From: Octopus vulgaris
Lineage: Eukaryota
DNA length: 64,000 nucleotides
NCBI GenBank assembly: GCA_951406725.2
Contig: OX597831.1
Span: 36,890,001-36,954,000, forward strand
Reading direction: 5' to 3'
Below are positions 1 through 14,322 of this stretch, piece after piece. The position numbers and the translations under genes were made by a program. The notes under the pieces were generated by a model. That model ran no database searches. It saw only the letters and a program-made list of their open reading frames with translations, and was not told the origin of the DNA. The stretch's first letter is position 1; every line of letters begins with the position of its first letter.

Positions 1-919
1 AATTCATGTGAGAAAATAGACAAATAGACAAAACATGTAGGGTGATTTCAATTGATAAATACAAAGAGAAAAATATTGCACTTCCTTACATAGATTGTTT
101 AATGATACAATATTTTGGGAAAGGTTATCCTTTTCAAATAGAAAGAAAATTATAATCAAAGTGTTAAGAGCAATGTTGCTGTTGTTGCTCTTTGACCTCA
201 GGTTAACCCTAACAGAATATGTATCAAATGTATTCTAGTCCCATACATCACATCTTTATAATATTTATTCTGTATCTAAGAAAACAGTAGCAACACATCC
301 TTCCTTTGTTTATACAGTGGAATATAAGTTGAAAGATATTTGGATAGTGTATGTAGAGACACCTTTACTGGTCCTTCTTGTGAGCTTCTTCACTCTCAGA
401 GTGAAGCTCTACTTGAAAATGTTTTACACTGTTTTCCCTTTGACAATCAAAATTAATTTCAAAACAAGTTCTTTTTTTTTTTTATATGGTGGGCCATTAA
501 CATTAATGGCCTGAATTTTTGCATGGTCTGGTTAACAAAATTTTAATAAAAATGAGACATCACAGATTATCCTTTCTCTTACTTCTTGACAATTTAAGTA
601 ACATTATCATTTTTCTTTCCTTTTAGCTTGTTCAATAAATTTAATCAGTGATAATATTCTTATCTTCATCTTGAGTGTTTTGCAAATGTTAAAAGAAAAA
701 AGAATGGGGAAGAAAAATATATAATTGATTGTGATTGGAGAATCTTCTGTGGATTAAGAGTAAAATATTTTATGTTGAAAAGTGTTAGACAGTCAATAAT
801 GATTCTATTTAAATATTCAGTCTAAGAATGAGAAGCTGGCGACGACCGATGTCACACATTGGTTGGACTGCATTGCCTTCGCATCAATATAATCTATTTC
901 TGACACCCTATACTGCTAC

Positions 920-1270
920 CAATACACTCACACATGCATACACATACACCTATGTGCATGCACGTATGCACACGCAAAGACGTGTGTGCCTGCGTGCACA
1001 CATGCGCATACACATTCACACATACACACTCACAAACATACACACATACACGCTCACACACACACATACACACTCGCACACACACACGTGTGTGCCTGCG
1101 TGCACACATGCGCACACACACTCACACATACACACTCACACACACACACTCACACATATACACTCACACACACACATACACACACATACACGCTCACACA
1201 CACACACACATACACACTCACACATACACACACACGTGCGTGCCTGCGTGCACACATGTGCACACACACT
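920..1270 (+). repeat. Compound (CA)n region with reiterated cgtgtgtgcctgcgtgcacacatg modules
   Basis: Module occurs three times, at about 981, 1087 and 1235. Confidence 0.9.
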
Positions 1271-1300
1271 GCAAACTTACACATTTTGTCATTCACTCAC

Positions 1301-1348
1301 ATGTATAACCTTATTCTCCCTGACGTTGACCCTTTAATAACGGCAACA
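1301..1348 (-). other. Candidate small internal exon
   Basis: Strong acceptor ttttccttttgcttttgcag and GTGAGT donor (alternative GTTATA donor gives 1310-1348). One open frame, VAVIKGSTSGRIRLY. No homology recognised. Confidence 0.25.
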
Positions 1349-1908
1349 CTGCAAAAGCAAAAGGAAAAGAAATCCAAATTATGGTTCTTAGACTCAAAGG
1401 ATAGACCGAAACGATGTCTGCTATAACTCACTCTCTCTTGAAGCTTGAGTATATTTAATAGAATTCACTCTGCCGTGAATGTATGGATTAGGCTACAGTG
1501 CATTGGTCTGTGAATGTTCAAACTGAGAATTGGCCTTTGTGTACCTTGGAGATTTTGTGAGGGCTTTTAATACCATCCTTCTCCTTTGACTAATTCTAAA
1601 GTCCCCTAAAATATTAAAGTATACACAGAATAACTTAGCTAGTTTTGTTTCTTGTTGCAAACATTTCACTTTGAATATATATTGTAAATCACTTTAAGAA
1701 ATGAATCAAAGACATACACATTTTCTTTCTCTTTTAAAAATCTTTGAAAAGCCACTTTATAATGACCAAATCGATTAAATTCACTTTAAACTTAAATTTA
1801 TAGTATGAGAATGCAATTTGGTCACGAATACTGTTCCACCATAACTGCTTGGTAAGTATGTTATTGAACAGTTATTATGGGCCTAGAAGTTGCTTTATTT
1901 TACTTAAT

Positions 1909-2308
1909 AGGCGTAGGAGTGGCTGTGTGGTAAGTCACTTGCTTACGAACCACATGGTTCCTGGTTCAGTCCCACTGTGTGGAACTTTGGGCAAGTGTCT
2001 TTTACTATAGCCTCGGGCAAACCAAAACCTTGTGAGTGGATTTGGTAGACGGAAACTGAAAGAAACCTGTCGTATATATTTATATGTGTGTGTGTATGTT
2101 TGTGTGTCTGTGTTTGTCCCCCCAACATCGCTTGACAACCAATGCTGGTGTGTTTGCGTCCCTGTAACTTAGCAGTTCGGTGAAAGAGATCGATAGAATA
2201 AGTGCTAGGCTTACAAAGAATAAGTCCTGGGGTCGATTTGCTCGACTAAAGGTGGTGCTCCAGCATGGCCACAGTCAAATGACTAAAACAAGTAAAAGAG
2301 TAAAGAGT
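1909..2308 (+). mobile_element. tRNA-derived SINE family S1 (representative copy)
   Basis: tRNA-like head TGGCTGTGTGG...GGTTCAGTCC, CCTTGGGCAAGT core-like block, internal microsatellite, (GTAAAAGA) tail. Other copies at about 5460-5971+, 8490-8857-, 12087-12528-, 12739-13182+, 19523-20013-, 25828-26215+, 26255-26597-, 42700-43091+, 47540-47970+, 48970-49439+, 50375-50922-, 54367-54760+, 55426-55583+, 61243-61595+, 63490-63850-, 63870-64000-. Confidence 0.9.
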
Positions 2309-3257
2309 ACAGAATAAGATTGTTAGTCTTGTTTCTTGTTGCAAACATCTCACTTTGAATATATATTGTAAATCACTTTAAGAAATGAATCAAAGACATA
2401 CACATTTTCTTCCTCTTTTAGAAATCTTTGAAGAGCCACTTTATAACGACCAAATCTATTAAATTCACTTTAAACTTAAATTTATTTTATGAGATGTCAA
2501 ACTGTGATTTGGTCACTAAATACTGTTCCACCATAACTGCCTGGTAAGTCTGTTATTGAACAGTTATTATGGGCCTAGAAGTAGTTTTATTTTACTGAAA
2601 TTTCTCCCCCATTGAGTTCCCAGACAAGGTTTCTCTTATATTCACATAGATCAACTTTGACCCATTAACTTCGGTCACCTGTCGGTCATCATTATTCCTT
2701 TCTAAGTTTACACTCTTATGATACTGTGATTCCTCATGAAATAAAATTAAAATAAATTTAACAGCTTATTGTGCTATTAAATGGTTCCTTCATGATATAG
2801 TTCCTTCAGTTTCAACACTCACTCACAGAACAAGTCAGTTGCTGGACAAGTACAACACTGTAATTTTGTAAATCTGATATCTTCTATTTTGCATGTCACA
2901 GATGACTTGTTTGTTGTATCTTGCGAGGATTGTTAAACCAATATGAAATACAGGCACTGGTTCAGTTCTATATTTAAGAGATGAGGAATTATGTACATTA
3001 TTTACAACAATAATAATCGTAATAATCTTTTCTACTATAGGCACAAGGCCTGGAATTATTGGGGAGAACGGTACAGTTGATTACATCAATCCCATTGCAT
3101 AATTGGTACTTAATTTATTGACCCCGGCAAAAAGATGACAGGCAAAGTTGACCTCGGTAGAATTTGAACTCGGAACGTAGCGATGGGTGAAATACTGCTA
3201 AGCATTTCATCCAGCATGCTAATGATTCTGCCAGCTCACCACCTTAAATAATAATAA

Positions 3258-3816
3258 CATTTTTTTGTCTTGGTATAAAAGATGAGCTACAGCAAATATT
3301 CTGCTCAATACCACAGATTTGCTTGTCAGTTGTTTGACCTTAACCAGTTGAGCATATCCCTTAGTGGTTGATGATATATATGTGCATCTCTTATCTTAAC
3401 TGATTGTGGGTGTTATCATGTACATTGTTTTGTCTTGGTATAAAAGATGGGCTAACAGCAAATATTTTGCTAAATACCACAGATTTGCTTGTCAGTTGTT
3501 TGAGCTTAACCAGTAGAGCATGTCCCTTAGTGGCTGATTATATGTGCATCTCTGATCACGAGCAGAAGTAGTGGGGGTGCATCATAGCCATGTGTTGAGA
3601 GGAAATCTTTGAAGTTTGAATAATTCACCTCTGGAAACATGGGTGTTTTGTTCAACATCCTTAAACAACCCTTATTCAAGGACCATCTGAGCGGGGTGGT
3701 CTACTTGACCTGAAGAAAGTTCTAATTGGGCCCTACCAGCAATATCATGCACTGCTCTCTCACTCAATAATAATAATGATAATGATGATAATGATGATAA
3801 TAATAGCAATAATAAC

Positions 3817-3880
<64 letters not shown>
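3258..3880 (+). repeat. Probable retro-derived repeat with internal ~130-bp duplication and long (AAT)n tail
   Basis: 3263-3392 is repeated at 3429-3552; (AAT)n at 3766-3881. Confidence 0.55.
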
Positions 3881-3882
<2 letters not shown>

Positions 3883-4995
3883 TCGTTCTACAAGCATAAG
3901 GGCTACAATTTTGGGGCTTATTTGACTAGATTGCCCTCAATGTTCAACTGGTTTGAATTTTAATGGTCCTTAAAGAAATGAAAGATAAAATCAACTTCAG
4001 TGGATTTTGATCTCAGAACATGATGAAATGCTAGTAATGATTCTGCCAGTTCAACCACCATAACAACAACAACATCAATAAATCTTTCCAATTTTGGCAC
4101 ATGATCCAGTCAGTTGTAATTGAAGGAATCTCAGTCACTAATCTCTGTGGGTTCGTTAAAGAGTAGTGACATTTGTGGTCACCTGTATTCTCTCCTGAGG
4201 ACAGTGGCCAGAGAAATACGATGACCAAATCTACACACACACACACACACATGCAGATACAGATACAAACATGCTCACATGGAAATATGGCTGCATCCTA
4301 TACCTAAGGCTTGAACAGAGAAGAATTATTTCTTAAGCATTTGTAAAATATTTACAGTCTTAGAATCAGATACCTTATTTGCATAACCAAAAGCAATAAT
4401 TTCACTTGAAGGTTTCCACCAGCAACATCATTATCTTTATCCTAAATTCTCTTGTGATATCTATCATCCTGTAATATTTACCAATATTTATGTCTCAGTC
4501 CCATTCCACCTATAAAATTCAATTAAAAGTCTGCAAATACCATTCTAACTGGGAAGAAACGCAGCACAAATCAATTAAATGCTAAGGTAATTAAATGCAC
4601 TAACCTGTAACTTTTGACTTGAATGTCTATCTGGGTTATTAAAACAAAGAGAATCTTTTGCAACAAACGAAAAACGCTCCCATGTGGGATTTGTATAAGC
4701 GAGTATATTTAGTGATTGTCAGTTTTACTACTGCTAAATGTTCTGCCTCATTGCGGAATGCTTCTCTATGAACTTGCTGTAAAGTGTAGAATTTATTTAC
4801 ATGAAGTTATAGCATGAATCTAAACTGTTGGAAGCATTTGGCATTTAAAAATAAATTGTGATAACACCAAGTTCTAGAAATCGATGTTTGGTTTGGAATG
4901 TTACATTTAGCGGACATGTTATGTAAAGAAATCAGGTAAAGATATAGAGACACACTTGCATAGAGAGACATACATGCATTTCACATGCACACACC

Positions 4996-5039
<44 letters not shown>

Positions 5040-8000
5040 GACATGAGCATACATGCAAACATGTATATTGAAATAGAAACTAAGATATATATATGTACAA
5101 TTTTATATGTATTCATTGATATAAGCATGCATACTTATACACACGCACACATGTAACAGCATGGATCATAGGTGTAAGTATGCATAGGTACACACATGCA
5201 CGCTGGCACACGACCAACAACACTAATACATCAATAGAAGTACGCATAAGCATACACACATATATTACAATATGAATACACTAGCATATACATGAATGCA
5301 TGTGCACACAGTTATCAATGCAGATACATAGGCATAAGTATGCATACATATAAGTATCAATGCACACACAGACACACACACATGTATACACACCAGGATA
5401 GATACAAAGACATAAGTATACATATGTGCACATGCAAGTATATATAGGCATAAGCACATAGGTGTAGGAGTGGTTATGTGGTAAGTAGCTTGCTTACCAA
5501 CCACATAATTCCGGGTTCAGTCTCACTGTGTGGCACCTTGGGTAAGTGTCTTCTACTATAGCCTCGGGCTGACCAAAGCCTTCTGAGTGGATTTGGTAGA
5601 TGGAAACTGAAAGAAGCCCGTCGTATATATATATCTATATATATATAGATATATATATATATATATATATACCCATGCTAGCGTGGAAAACGGACGTTAA
5701 ATGACGATGATGATGATGATATATATATATGTGTGTGTGTGTGTATGTATGTGTGTGTATGTTTGTGTGTCTGTGTTTGTCCCCCCAACATCGCTTGACA
5801 ACTGAAGCTGGTGTGTTTGCGTCCCCATAACTTAGCGGTTCGGCAAAAGAACCCGATAGAATAAGTACTAGGCTTACAAAGAATAAGTCCTGGGGTCAAT
5901 TTGCTCGACTAAAGGCGGAGCTCCAGCATGGCCACAAGCAAATGACTGAAACAAGTAAAAGACTAAAAGAGAATATATATATATATATGCATACATGCAT
6001 ACATTTACCAGGAAGGATACATAGCGATAGAGGCATAAACAGGTACACACTTCGACACACACAAGAATGGTAGACGGTTAGTCACATTTCATACTGGCAG
6101 TTAATATTCAGAATAGCTAGATTATAAAGTAGATATAAACGTTTTTAGTATCAACAACTGAGTCAAAGTTTCTCACACATTAGGTATTTAGCAGCATTAA
6201 AAGCCAGTTCCCAAGTGCAGCATGAAAACGAATGGAAGAAACTAAAAGTGGTTTCTTCAGATTGCAAAAGACCACTTAAAGTTAATCACGATAATTTTGT
6301 GAAAATATTTATCTGAAAATGGCATAGATTTATAGGATTATTCTTCCTAAAAAAACGCAAAAAATGATTTTGTTTATTGTTTCTTTTTGCATAACCGATT
6401 CCATTTTCCTGAAATTTTTTTTTCTTACCCTTAGGATTGAAAAGACAGTGAGGTTTTATAGAGATTATGGTTTATTCATGAAGAAATATGTTCTTTTAGT
6501 AGATCGATGTTGAAATGAAGTGTTTTATAGGATACCCGAAAACTGCAGCTGGAATTTGTCCAACGTGGACACGTTTGTATGTCATTGCCGTTGCTTCATG
6601 GTCAGGAAATATAACATCTTTTAGAAGGTTATCTCACACTACTGTATATATCACGTAAATATATGCAATCTTAAATGCATGATATAATGATTATATAAAT
6701 AATAATTGTTATTCCTACTATTATCAGTGGAGGCGCAATGGCCCAGTGGTTAGGGCAGCAGACTCGCAGTCTATGATCATGGTTTCGAATCCCAGACAGG
6801 GCATTGTTAGTGTTTATTGAGCGAAAACACCTAAAGCTCCATGAGGCTCCAGCAGGGGGTGGTGGTGAACCCTGCTGCACTCTTTCACCACAACTTTCTC
6901 TCACTCTTTCTTTCTGTTTCTGTTGTACCTGTATTTCAAAGGGCCAGCCTTGTCACAATCTGTGTCATGTTGAATCTCTCTGAGAACTACGTTAAGGGTA
7001 CATGTGTCTGTGGAGTGCTCAGCCACTTGCATGTTAATAAATGAGCTGCGACGTCACTGGTGACAAGCTATATCAGCCTTTGCCTTTCCTTTGGATAACA
7101 TCAGTGGCATGGAGAGGGGAGGCTGGTATGCACGGGCGACTGCTGGTCTTCCATAAACAACCTTGCCCAGACTTGTGCCTTGGAGGGTAACTTTCTAAGT
7201 GCAATCTCAAGGTCATTCATGACTGAAGGGGGTCACAACTGTTATCAAAGATGGCAAGCTGGCAGAATCGTTAGCAGTATTTCAACAGTCACTACATTCT
7301 GAGTAAAAATTCCACTGAGGTTGACTTTATCTTTCATCCTTTCAGGTTTGATAAATCAGTACCAGTTATGCACTGGGGTCAATGTAATTGACTTAATCCT
7401 TTCCCCCAAATTTGAGGCCTTATACTTCCAGTAGAAAGGATTATTATTATTACTATTATCAAAGGTGACAAGTTGGCAGAATTGTTAGCATGCTTGACGA
7501 AATGCTTAGCAGTATTTTATCTGCCGCTAAGTTCTGTGTTCAAATTCTGCCGAGGTCGAGTCTTGGAGTCAGTAAATTAAGTACCAGTTAAACACTGGGG
7601 TTGATGTCTTTTAATGCAATTTTATGTGAGCCCTTGTGGCCAATAAAAGAATCAATTATCATTATTATTGAAATGAATCTGAAAATGAAATAAACCAAAA
7701 GACATAGTCAAGTTCATAAAACCCTCAAAATAGGACTGAGTTGGACTCACCCAGGGGATGAGTGATAAGGCTACCAGTGCATACCACTAGGTTTTATCTT
7801 TCACTTGTCTCAGTTCATTATATTTATTTCTTTATTGCCCACAGGGGGCTAAACATAGAGGGGACAAACAGGGGCAGACAAAAGGTTTAAGTCAATTACA
7901 TCAACCCTGGTGCATAACTGGTACTTATTTAATTGACCCTGAAAGGATGAAAGGCAAAGTTGACCTTGGCGGAATTTGAACTCTGAACGTAATGGCAGAT

Positions 8001-9904
8001 GAAATACCTATTTCTTTACTACCCACAAGGGGCTAAACACAGAGGGGACAAACAATGACAGACAAAAGGATCAAGTTGATTATATCGACCCCAGTGCGTA
8101 ACTTGTACTTATTTAATCGATCCTGAAAGGATGAAAGGCGAAGTCGACCTTGGCGGAATTTGAACTCAGAACATAGCCGCAGATGAAATACCGCTAAACA
8201 TTTCATCCGGCATGCTAACGATTATGCCAGCTTGCTGCCCTCAGTTCATTATATTTTGGTCATGAAGGCAGAATCGTTAACACACTGGACAAAATGCTTA
8301 GTGGTATTTTGCCCATCGCTATATTCTGAGTTCAAATTCTGCTGAGGTCGACTTTGCCTTTCATCCTTTTGAGGTCGATAAATTAAGAACTAGTTATGTG
8401 CTGAGGTTGATGTAATCGTTTATCCCCCCTCCCCCAAATTTCTGGCTTTGTGCCTATAGTAGAAAGGATTATAGTGTTGTCATGCTTGGTGGTCATGGTG
8501 GGATGCTGCCTTGAAGAATTGTTGTAAAACCAATCGATCCCAGAATTCATTTTCTTTTTAAACCTGGTACTTACTCTACTGATCTCTTTTGCTGAACTAC
8601 TAAGTTACGGGATGTAAATACACCGACACCAGTTATCAAGTCATGGTGGGGACAAACACAGACACAAAGACATGTGCACAAACACACATGGGCAACAGGT
8701 TTCTTTCAGTTTCCGTCTACCTGATCCACACACAAGGCTCTGGTTGGTCTGGGGTTATAATAGAAGACACTTGTGAAAGGTGCCACATGGTAGGATTGAA
8801 CCCAAAACCATATGGTTGGGAATCAGGCTTATTATCATACAGTTACACCTGCACCTATAAAATTTAAAGTACCTAAGTGTGATTTGAACTACTCATAGTG
8901 ATGGGAAACCAAACCTCTGTGTGGCATTCAGTCAGATAGTCTAACAACTCTACTAATTCCTTGCATTTTACATTTTTAGAAATAGCATTAAAAATTTATT
9001 CTGTTGTGTCTGGAGAGTGTCATTTTGACTCAAAACTATTGAAAAGGTTGCAAGACGCAATAAAAATTTTAGAAAAATAAAAGGAAATAAGTGGAAATTT
9101 TACCGGTGAATGTGTTAAATTATAAGGAACTAAAAGAGAATGACTCTCCCCAGACACAACAGAATATGCTTCAGTACACGAACTCACATAAAGAATCTTG
9201 CAAACCAAATCCTAAAACAAAATTTAAAAAATTACATGCCAAAGAATAATACACCTGTGATTAACATCAGTGATGAAGGTCAATGATGATGACCAGTGAA
9301 AAAACTGATTGAAAGATATTTCAAATATTTCACCTCTAAAGATGAGAGTTAAGAGTCTGAAATCATCACTACATTTAGATAAATCTTAATATCATTAGCT
9401 GACAGAAATCGATATTTATCTGTAATTTTTATGCTTCATAAGACAGGAATCTCAAGGTAAACACTGTATCAAGTTGGATTTAAAGATTACATTTTGGTAC
9501 TACTTCCATTGCTAATAATTATTTCTTAATAAGCATGTTGGCAACATCAGTGACTGAAAAGACACTGAAATTCTTTAGATTTGGTTGGTATGCAGTCACT
9601 GGATGCCTGCCACTGAAGATGTGCAGTACACTGAAACCATGGGATCAGGCAGTTCTGGTACTCACAACAAACAAATTTCATTTGCTAATGATATATGTCT
9701 GTGCTTTTTATACACCATGCATCTATATAAGGGGACCTTTCAAGGCAAATACTGCAGTATTCAGTATTCTAACAAGACATCCACATTAAGTTGGTTTTAA
9801 AGATTGCCTTTTAATACTAATACTGCTTCTATTGTTAATAGTTATTTTTGAGCACTATATTTGTTATGTAGATTCAGAAATTTCTGATTAAACACAATAG
9901 CTAC

Positions 9905-10117
9905 TTCAGTTCTATACCTTATTTACATGATATACCCTCCAGCCTTCATCAGGTGTCTTGGGGAAATCTTTTGATGTTGTTGTTGTAATTATTATTATTA
10001 TTATTATTAATATTATTGTTATTATTGTTATTATCATTATTAAGGTTACTGCCTGGAATTGAACTCGGAATCTTGGGATTAGTAGCCTGCGCTCTTAACC
10101 ACTGAGTCATATGCCCG
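9905..10117 (-). mobile_element. Family A element with internal deletions
   Basis: Head at 10042-10116, (ATT)n, and partial tail ataccctccagccttcatcaggtgtcttgggg. Confidence 0.7.
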
Positions 10118-11733
10118 TGGGCAATTATGAAGTGAATTTTTAGGGCTTATAAATCTAATATTTTCCTGTCCTTCCTTAATATCCACTTGTTCTTTTTTCA
10201 GCTGGTCACAACTGAATTGCATTTCATAATTCTCTATCACTATTCTCTATCATTAACTATGGTAGATTCTCAGTTTCATGTCACATGTCCCTGCCAATAA
10301 GATCAATTTTGTTGAGTGGATTTTGGTTTCCATTACAATGCAGAAGCCTGCAAAATACATCTAATATGGCCTGTTCAACATGATAGAAGTGACCTGTAAA
10401 GACCACTCCACATTGAAGCAACAGTAGCAGAGATGAGATAATTGGAATATATGCACAAATCTCTTTGGTTGTCTGCTCTAGACCAAACACAATATGGCTA
10501 GAGGAAATTAACTATGAATTTAATGTAAATCATATTGGATGTTATAAATGCCAATTTGAGACAGACAGTGAATAATAATAACAGGTCAATTCAATTGAGC
10601 AAATTATCTTCTTGGAGATAAAAGAGCACAGTTAAAATAGCAGAAATAATTTATAGTATCCAATTAAAGAAGGAATTACAGGTGGTCTGAGATGTTATTG
10701 GGAAAGCAAATCACCAAGCAGAGCCTAGATAGGGAGATTGTGTCCTTAATAGAGAAGCTGTTGCTCTCTTAGTAAGTTGTTGCTAATAATGTCAATTATT
10801 ATAGCAAGAGAGGGTGATAAGAGAGAGAAAAAGACAGAGAGAGAGAAGGTGTAAATGATATAATATGTTAGATAAAACCCGGAGAGAAAAACAAATATCC
10901 AAATTATTTAGTTAACCAGTTTTTATTGGATTAAGATCTGTTATTTTTTTGCAGTGAATGTTCTTAGCTGTGAAAAAAGACAATGAGTTCCTTTGAGAGA
11001 AGAATATTGGTGAAAATAGTTAAATTGAATCACATTAGAGAACTGCCAAAATTTTCACTGCATTTCAACAAATGTAACATGTTTTTGGTTTGTCTTTGAA
11101 CACTGTTAATTAAAGACTAATCAGTCTTGACAGTACCTGAAACACAAACAGAGTAGTATCAATGTCGTTAAATGATTTATCTAATTATTCAACACCAACT
11201 GGATACTACCTAATTACTCTAAATACAAAGTGGCTAATTGCTGTTCAACATGCAATAGGATTCTTCCATAAATTTTCCAAACATAGCTGATCTCTGTAAC
11301 AGTCAGACAAACCTGTTCCCTATGAATTCCAAAGTGATATATTAAGACGATCACAACAAATTCTTCATACTCTATTCTTCTTAACTCAAAACTGGTTGGA
11401 ATAAATCACTTTCTAAATTTATATCTAAGAGTTTGTTTCCTTTATAAAAGACTGATGTATTTATGGGAAGAAGAAATAACTAATATTCACCTTCCCACCT
11501 CAGAAAAACAGCATCATTCATATATGAAGAATTACAAATAATTCTCGTTTCCATCTCCGTTAATTTATGATTCAGCTGAGAAGTGCAAATCTGTTTCGTG
11601 GTACCCATACTTCAAAATATTTTGTCAGATTAAATGATAAATCAGGAATGGGATCCCGGAAACTAAAATTAAAGAAGATATTTCAACCTTCAAGAACAGT
11701 TCTTCCTTTTGGTAATATGTTATCATTTTGGAT

Positions 11734-12072
11734 TGTGGAGGCGCAATGGCCAAGTGGTTAGGGCAGCGGACTCGCGGTCGTAGGATCGCGGTTTCGATTC
11801 CCAGACCGGGCATTGTGAGTGTTTATTGAGCAAAAACACCTAAAGCTTCACGAGGCTCCTGCAGGGGGTGGTGGTGAACCCTGCTGTACTCTTTCACCAC
11901 AACTTTCTCTCACTCTTTCTTCCTGTTTCTGTTGTACCACGCTGAATCTCCTCGAGAATTACGTTAAGGGTACACGTGTCTGTGGAGTGCTCAGCCGCTT
12001 GCACGTTAATTCCACGAGCAAGCTGTTCCGTTGATTGGGGACCCTCATCGTCGTAACCGACGGAGTGCTCCC
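11734..12072 (+). mobile_element. tRNA-derived SINE family S3 (representative, CpG-rich copy)
   Basis: TGGCCAAGTGG A box and GGTTTCGATTCC B box. Related copies at 6727-7235+, 18022-18140-, 18641-18781-, 55756-56059-. Confidence 0.85.
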
Positions 12073-12317
12073 TATTATTTTGGATTACTCTTTTACTTGT
12101 TTCAGTCATTTGACTGTGTCCATGCTGGAGCACCACCTTTAGTTGAACTAATTGACCCCAGAATTTATTCTTTATAAACCTGGTACTTATTTTAGCGGTC
12201 ACTTTTTTTGAGCTGCTAAGTTGTGGGGATGTAAACATACCAACATCGGTTGTCATGCAGTGGTGGGGAGGACAAACACAGACACACAAATACATACATA
12301 CATACACACACACACAC

Positions 12318-12375
<58 letters not shown>

Positions 12376-12908
12376 GAATATATATACACGACAGGCTTCT
12401 TCCACAAGGCTTTGGTCAGCCTGAGGCTATAGCATAAAACACTTGCTCAAGGTGCCATGCAGTGGGACTGAACTCGGGACCATGTGGTTGGGAAGCAAGC
12501 TTCTTACCACATAGCAACGTCTGTGCCTATTCTTTCTTTCTTTTTTTTTTGAGTTTAAATTCCATCCAGGCCAATATTGTCATTTAAATTTTCAAGGTCA
12601 ATATATAAGTACCAGTTGAGCACTGAGGTCATTGTAATGTAAGCAACTAGAATCCGCCCACTAAATTGTTGGCCTTGTGCCTAAAGTAGAAAGAATTGGT
12701 TTGACCTCTTTTCATTTGCTTTCAGTTTTTCACGATATAGGTGCAGGAGTGGCTGTGTTGTAAGTAGCTTCCTTACCAACCACATGGTTCCAGGTTCAGT
12801 CCCACTATGTGGCACCTTGGGCAAGTGTCTTCTACTATAACCTTGAGCTGCTCAGAGCCTTGTGAGTGGATTTGGTAGGTAGAAACTGAAAGAAGCCTGT
12901 CGTATATG

Positions 12909-12944
<36 letters not shown>

Positions 12945-14322
12945 TGTATGTATGTATGTGAGTGTTTCTGTGTCTGTGTTTTTCTCCCTCCCCACCCAAC
13001 ATCACTTGACAACCGATACTGGTGTGTTTATGTCCCCGTCACTTAGCAGTTAGGCAAAAGAGAGCGATAGAATAAGTACTAGGCTTACAAAGAATAAGTC
13101 CTGGGGTCGATTTGCTCGACTAAAGGTGGTGCTCCAGCATGGCCACAGTCAAATAACTGAAACAAATAAAAGAATAAAAGAATATTATAGATGTGATCAT
13201 TTTAAAGAATTCAGTCAATAAACTGTGTATACATTTGAGGACTGTTTTGTTCAGAATTCTTAATCTGGCACTTAATCCCTAATGCTGGAACCAGAAAGTA
13301 GTTATTTTCATTTAAGATACAAATGAGACATGCAGGGTAATGGCTATCACTTATGAACACACAAAAATATACCCTGTTATGTTGAAATCATTTCAGTTAT
13401 TTGTCCAAATTGTTAAACTTATGGTGATTATTTTTCTGAAGAACAATATATTTATGTCTCTCTCTTTGCATAATCTCTTCCCCTTTCTCATTCCTGTTTC
13501 TCTCTCTCTCTCTCTCTCTCTCTCCCTTACTCTCTCTCTATCTGTGCTGTGTGGTGCACACTAGCTATTCTAGTGTTCTGGCATGGTTTCTATGTCTGTC
13601 TCTCTCTTTCTCTCTCGCCTTCTCTCTCTCTCTCCTTCTCTCCGTCTCTGTCTCTGCATCTCTCTCTCCCTCTTTCTCTCTCTGCATCTCGCTCTCTCTC
13701 TTTCTCTCACTTTTTCTCTCTCCTTCTTTCTTTCTCTGCATCTCTCTCTCTTTCCTTCTTTCTCTCTCTTTCTCTCTCACTGCATATCTCTCTCTTTCTC
13801 CCTCTCTCTCTACACCAGGCAAGGCACATCCTAGCTACTCCAATCTTCTGGCATGGTCTCTATGTCTAGATGCCCTTCCAGTTTGCAGAATGTTCTGGAT
13901 GCATTCTATGTGGCACCAGCACTGGTATCTATTCTATTTGTAAGGTTTAGTGTGTCTTGAGATTGGTCTTCAGTACATTGTCCCATATATATATGTATGT
14001 ATGTATGTATGTAAAAGCACCCAGCTCACTCTGTTAAGTGGTTGGCATTAGGAAGGGCATCCAGCTGAAGAGACCAAGCCCAATCAGACTGGGACCTGGT
14101 GCAGCTCTTCAGCTTGCCAGTTGTGGTCAAACTGTCCAACCCATGCCAGCATGGTCAACGGGCGTTAAAGGCTGCTGCTGCTGCTGATGTATATAAATGT
14201 ATGTATATACACACACACATACATACATGCATTTGCACCTTGGTTTTTAGAAAAGGTACAGTGTCTCTCCATGTATCAAAAGTGGTGACGTAATGGTTTG
14301 TCAATATGAAGGTCATCTAAGA

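Noticed and set aside
828-1426. Long His/Thr-rich ORFs, and the many [12 protein letters not shown] ORFs elsewhere
   Set aside because: Translations of (CA)n, (TA)n, (TG)n and (CT)n microsatellites.
1935-2138. Recurrent peptide LLSVSVYQIHSQGFG...EDTCPRCHAVGLNPEP seen in many ORFs
   Set aside because: Antisense translation of the S1 SINE, not a gene family.
6531-6628. Possible plus-strand exon after tgttttatag
   Set aside because: All three frames are open for most of its length and nothing discriminates between them; insufficient support.
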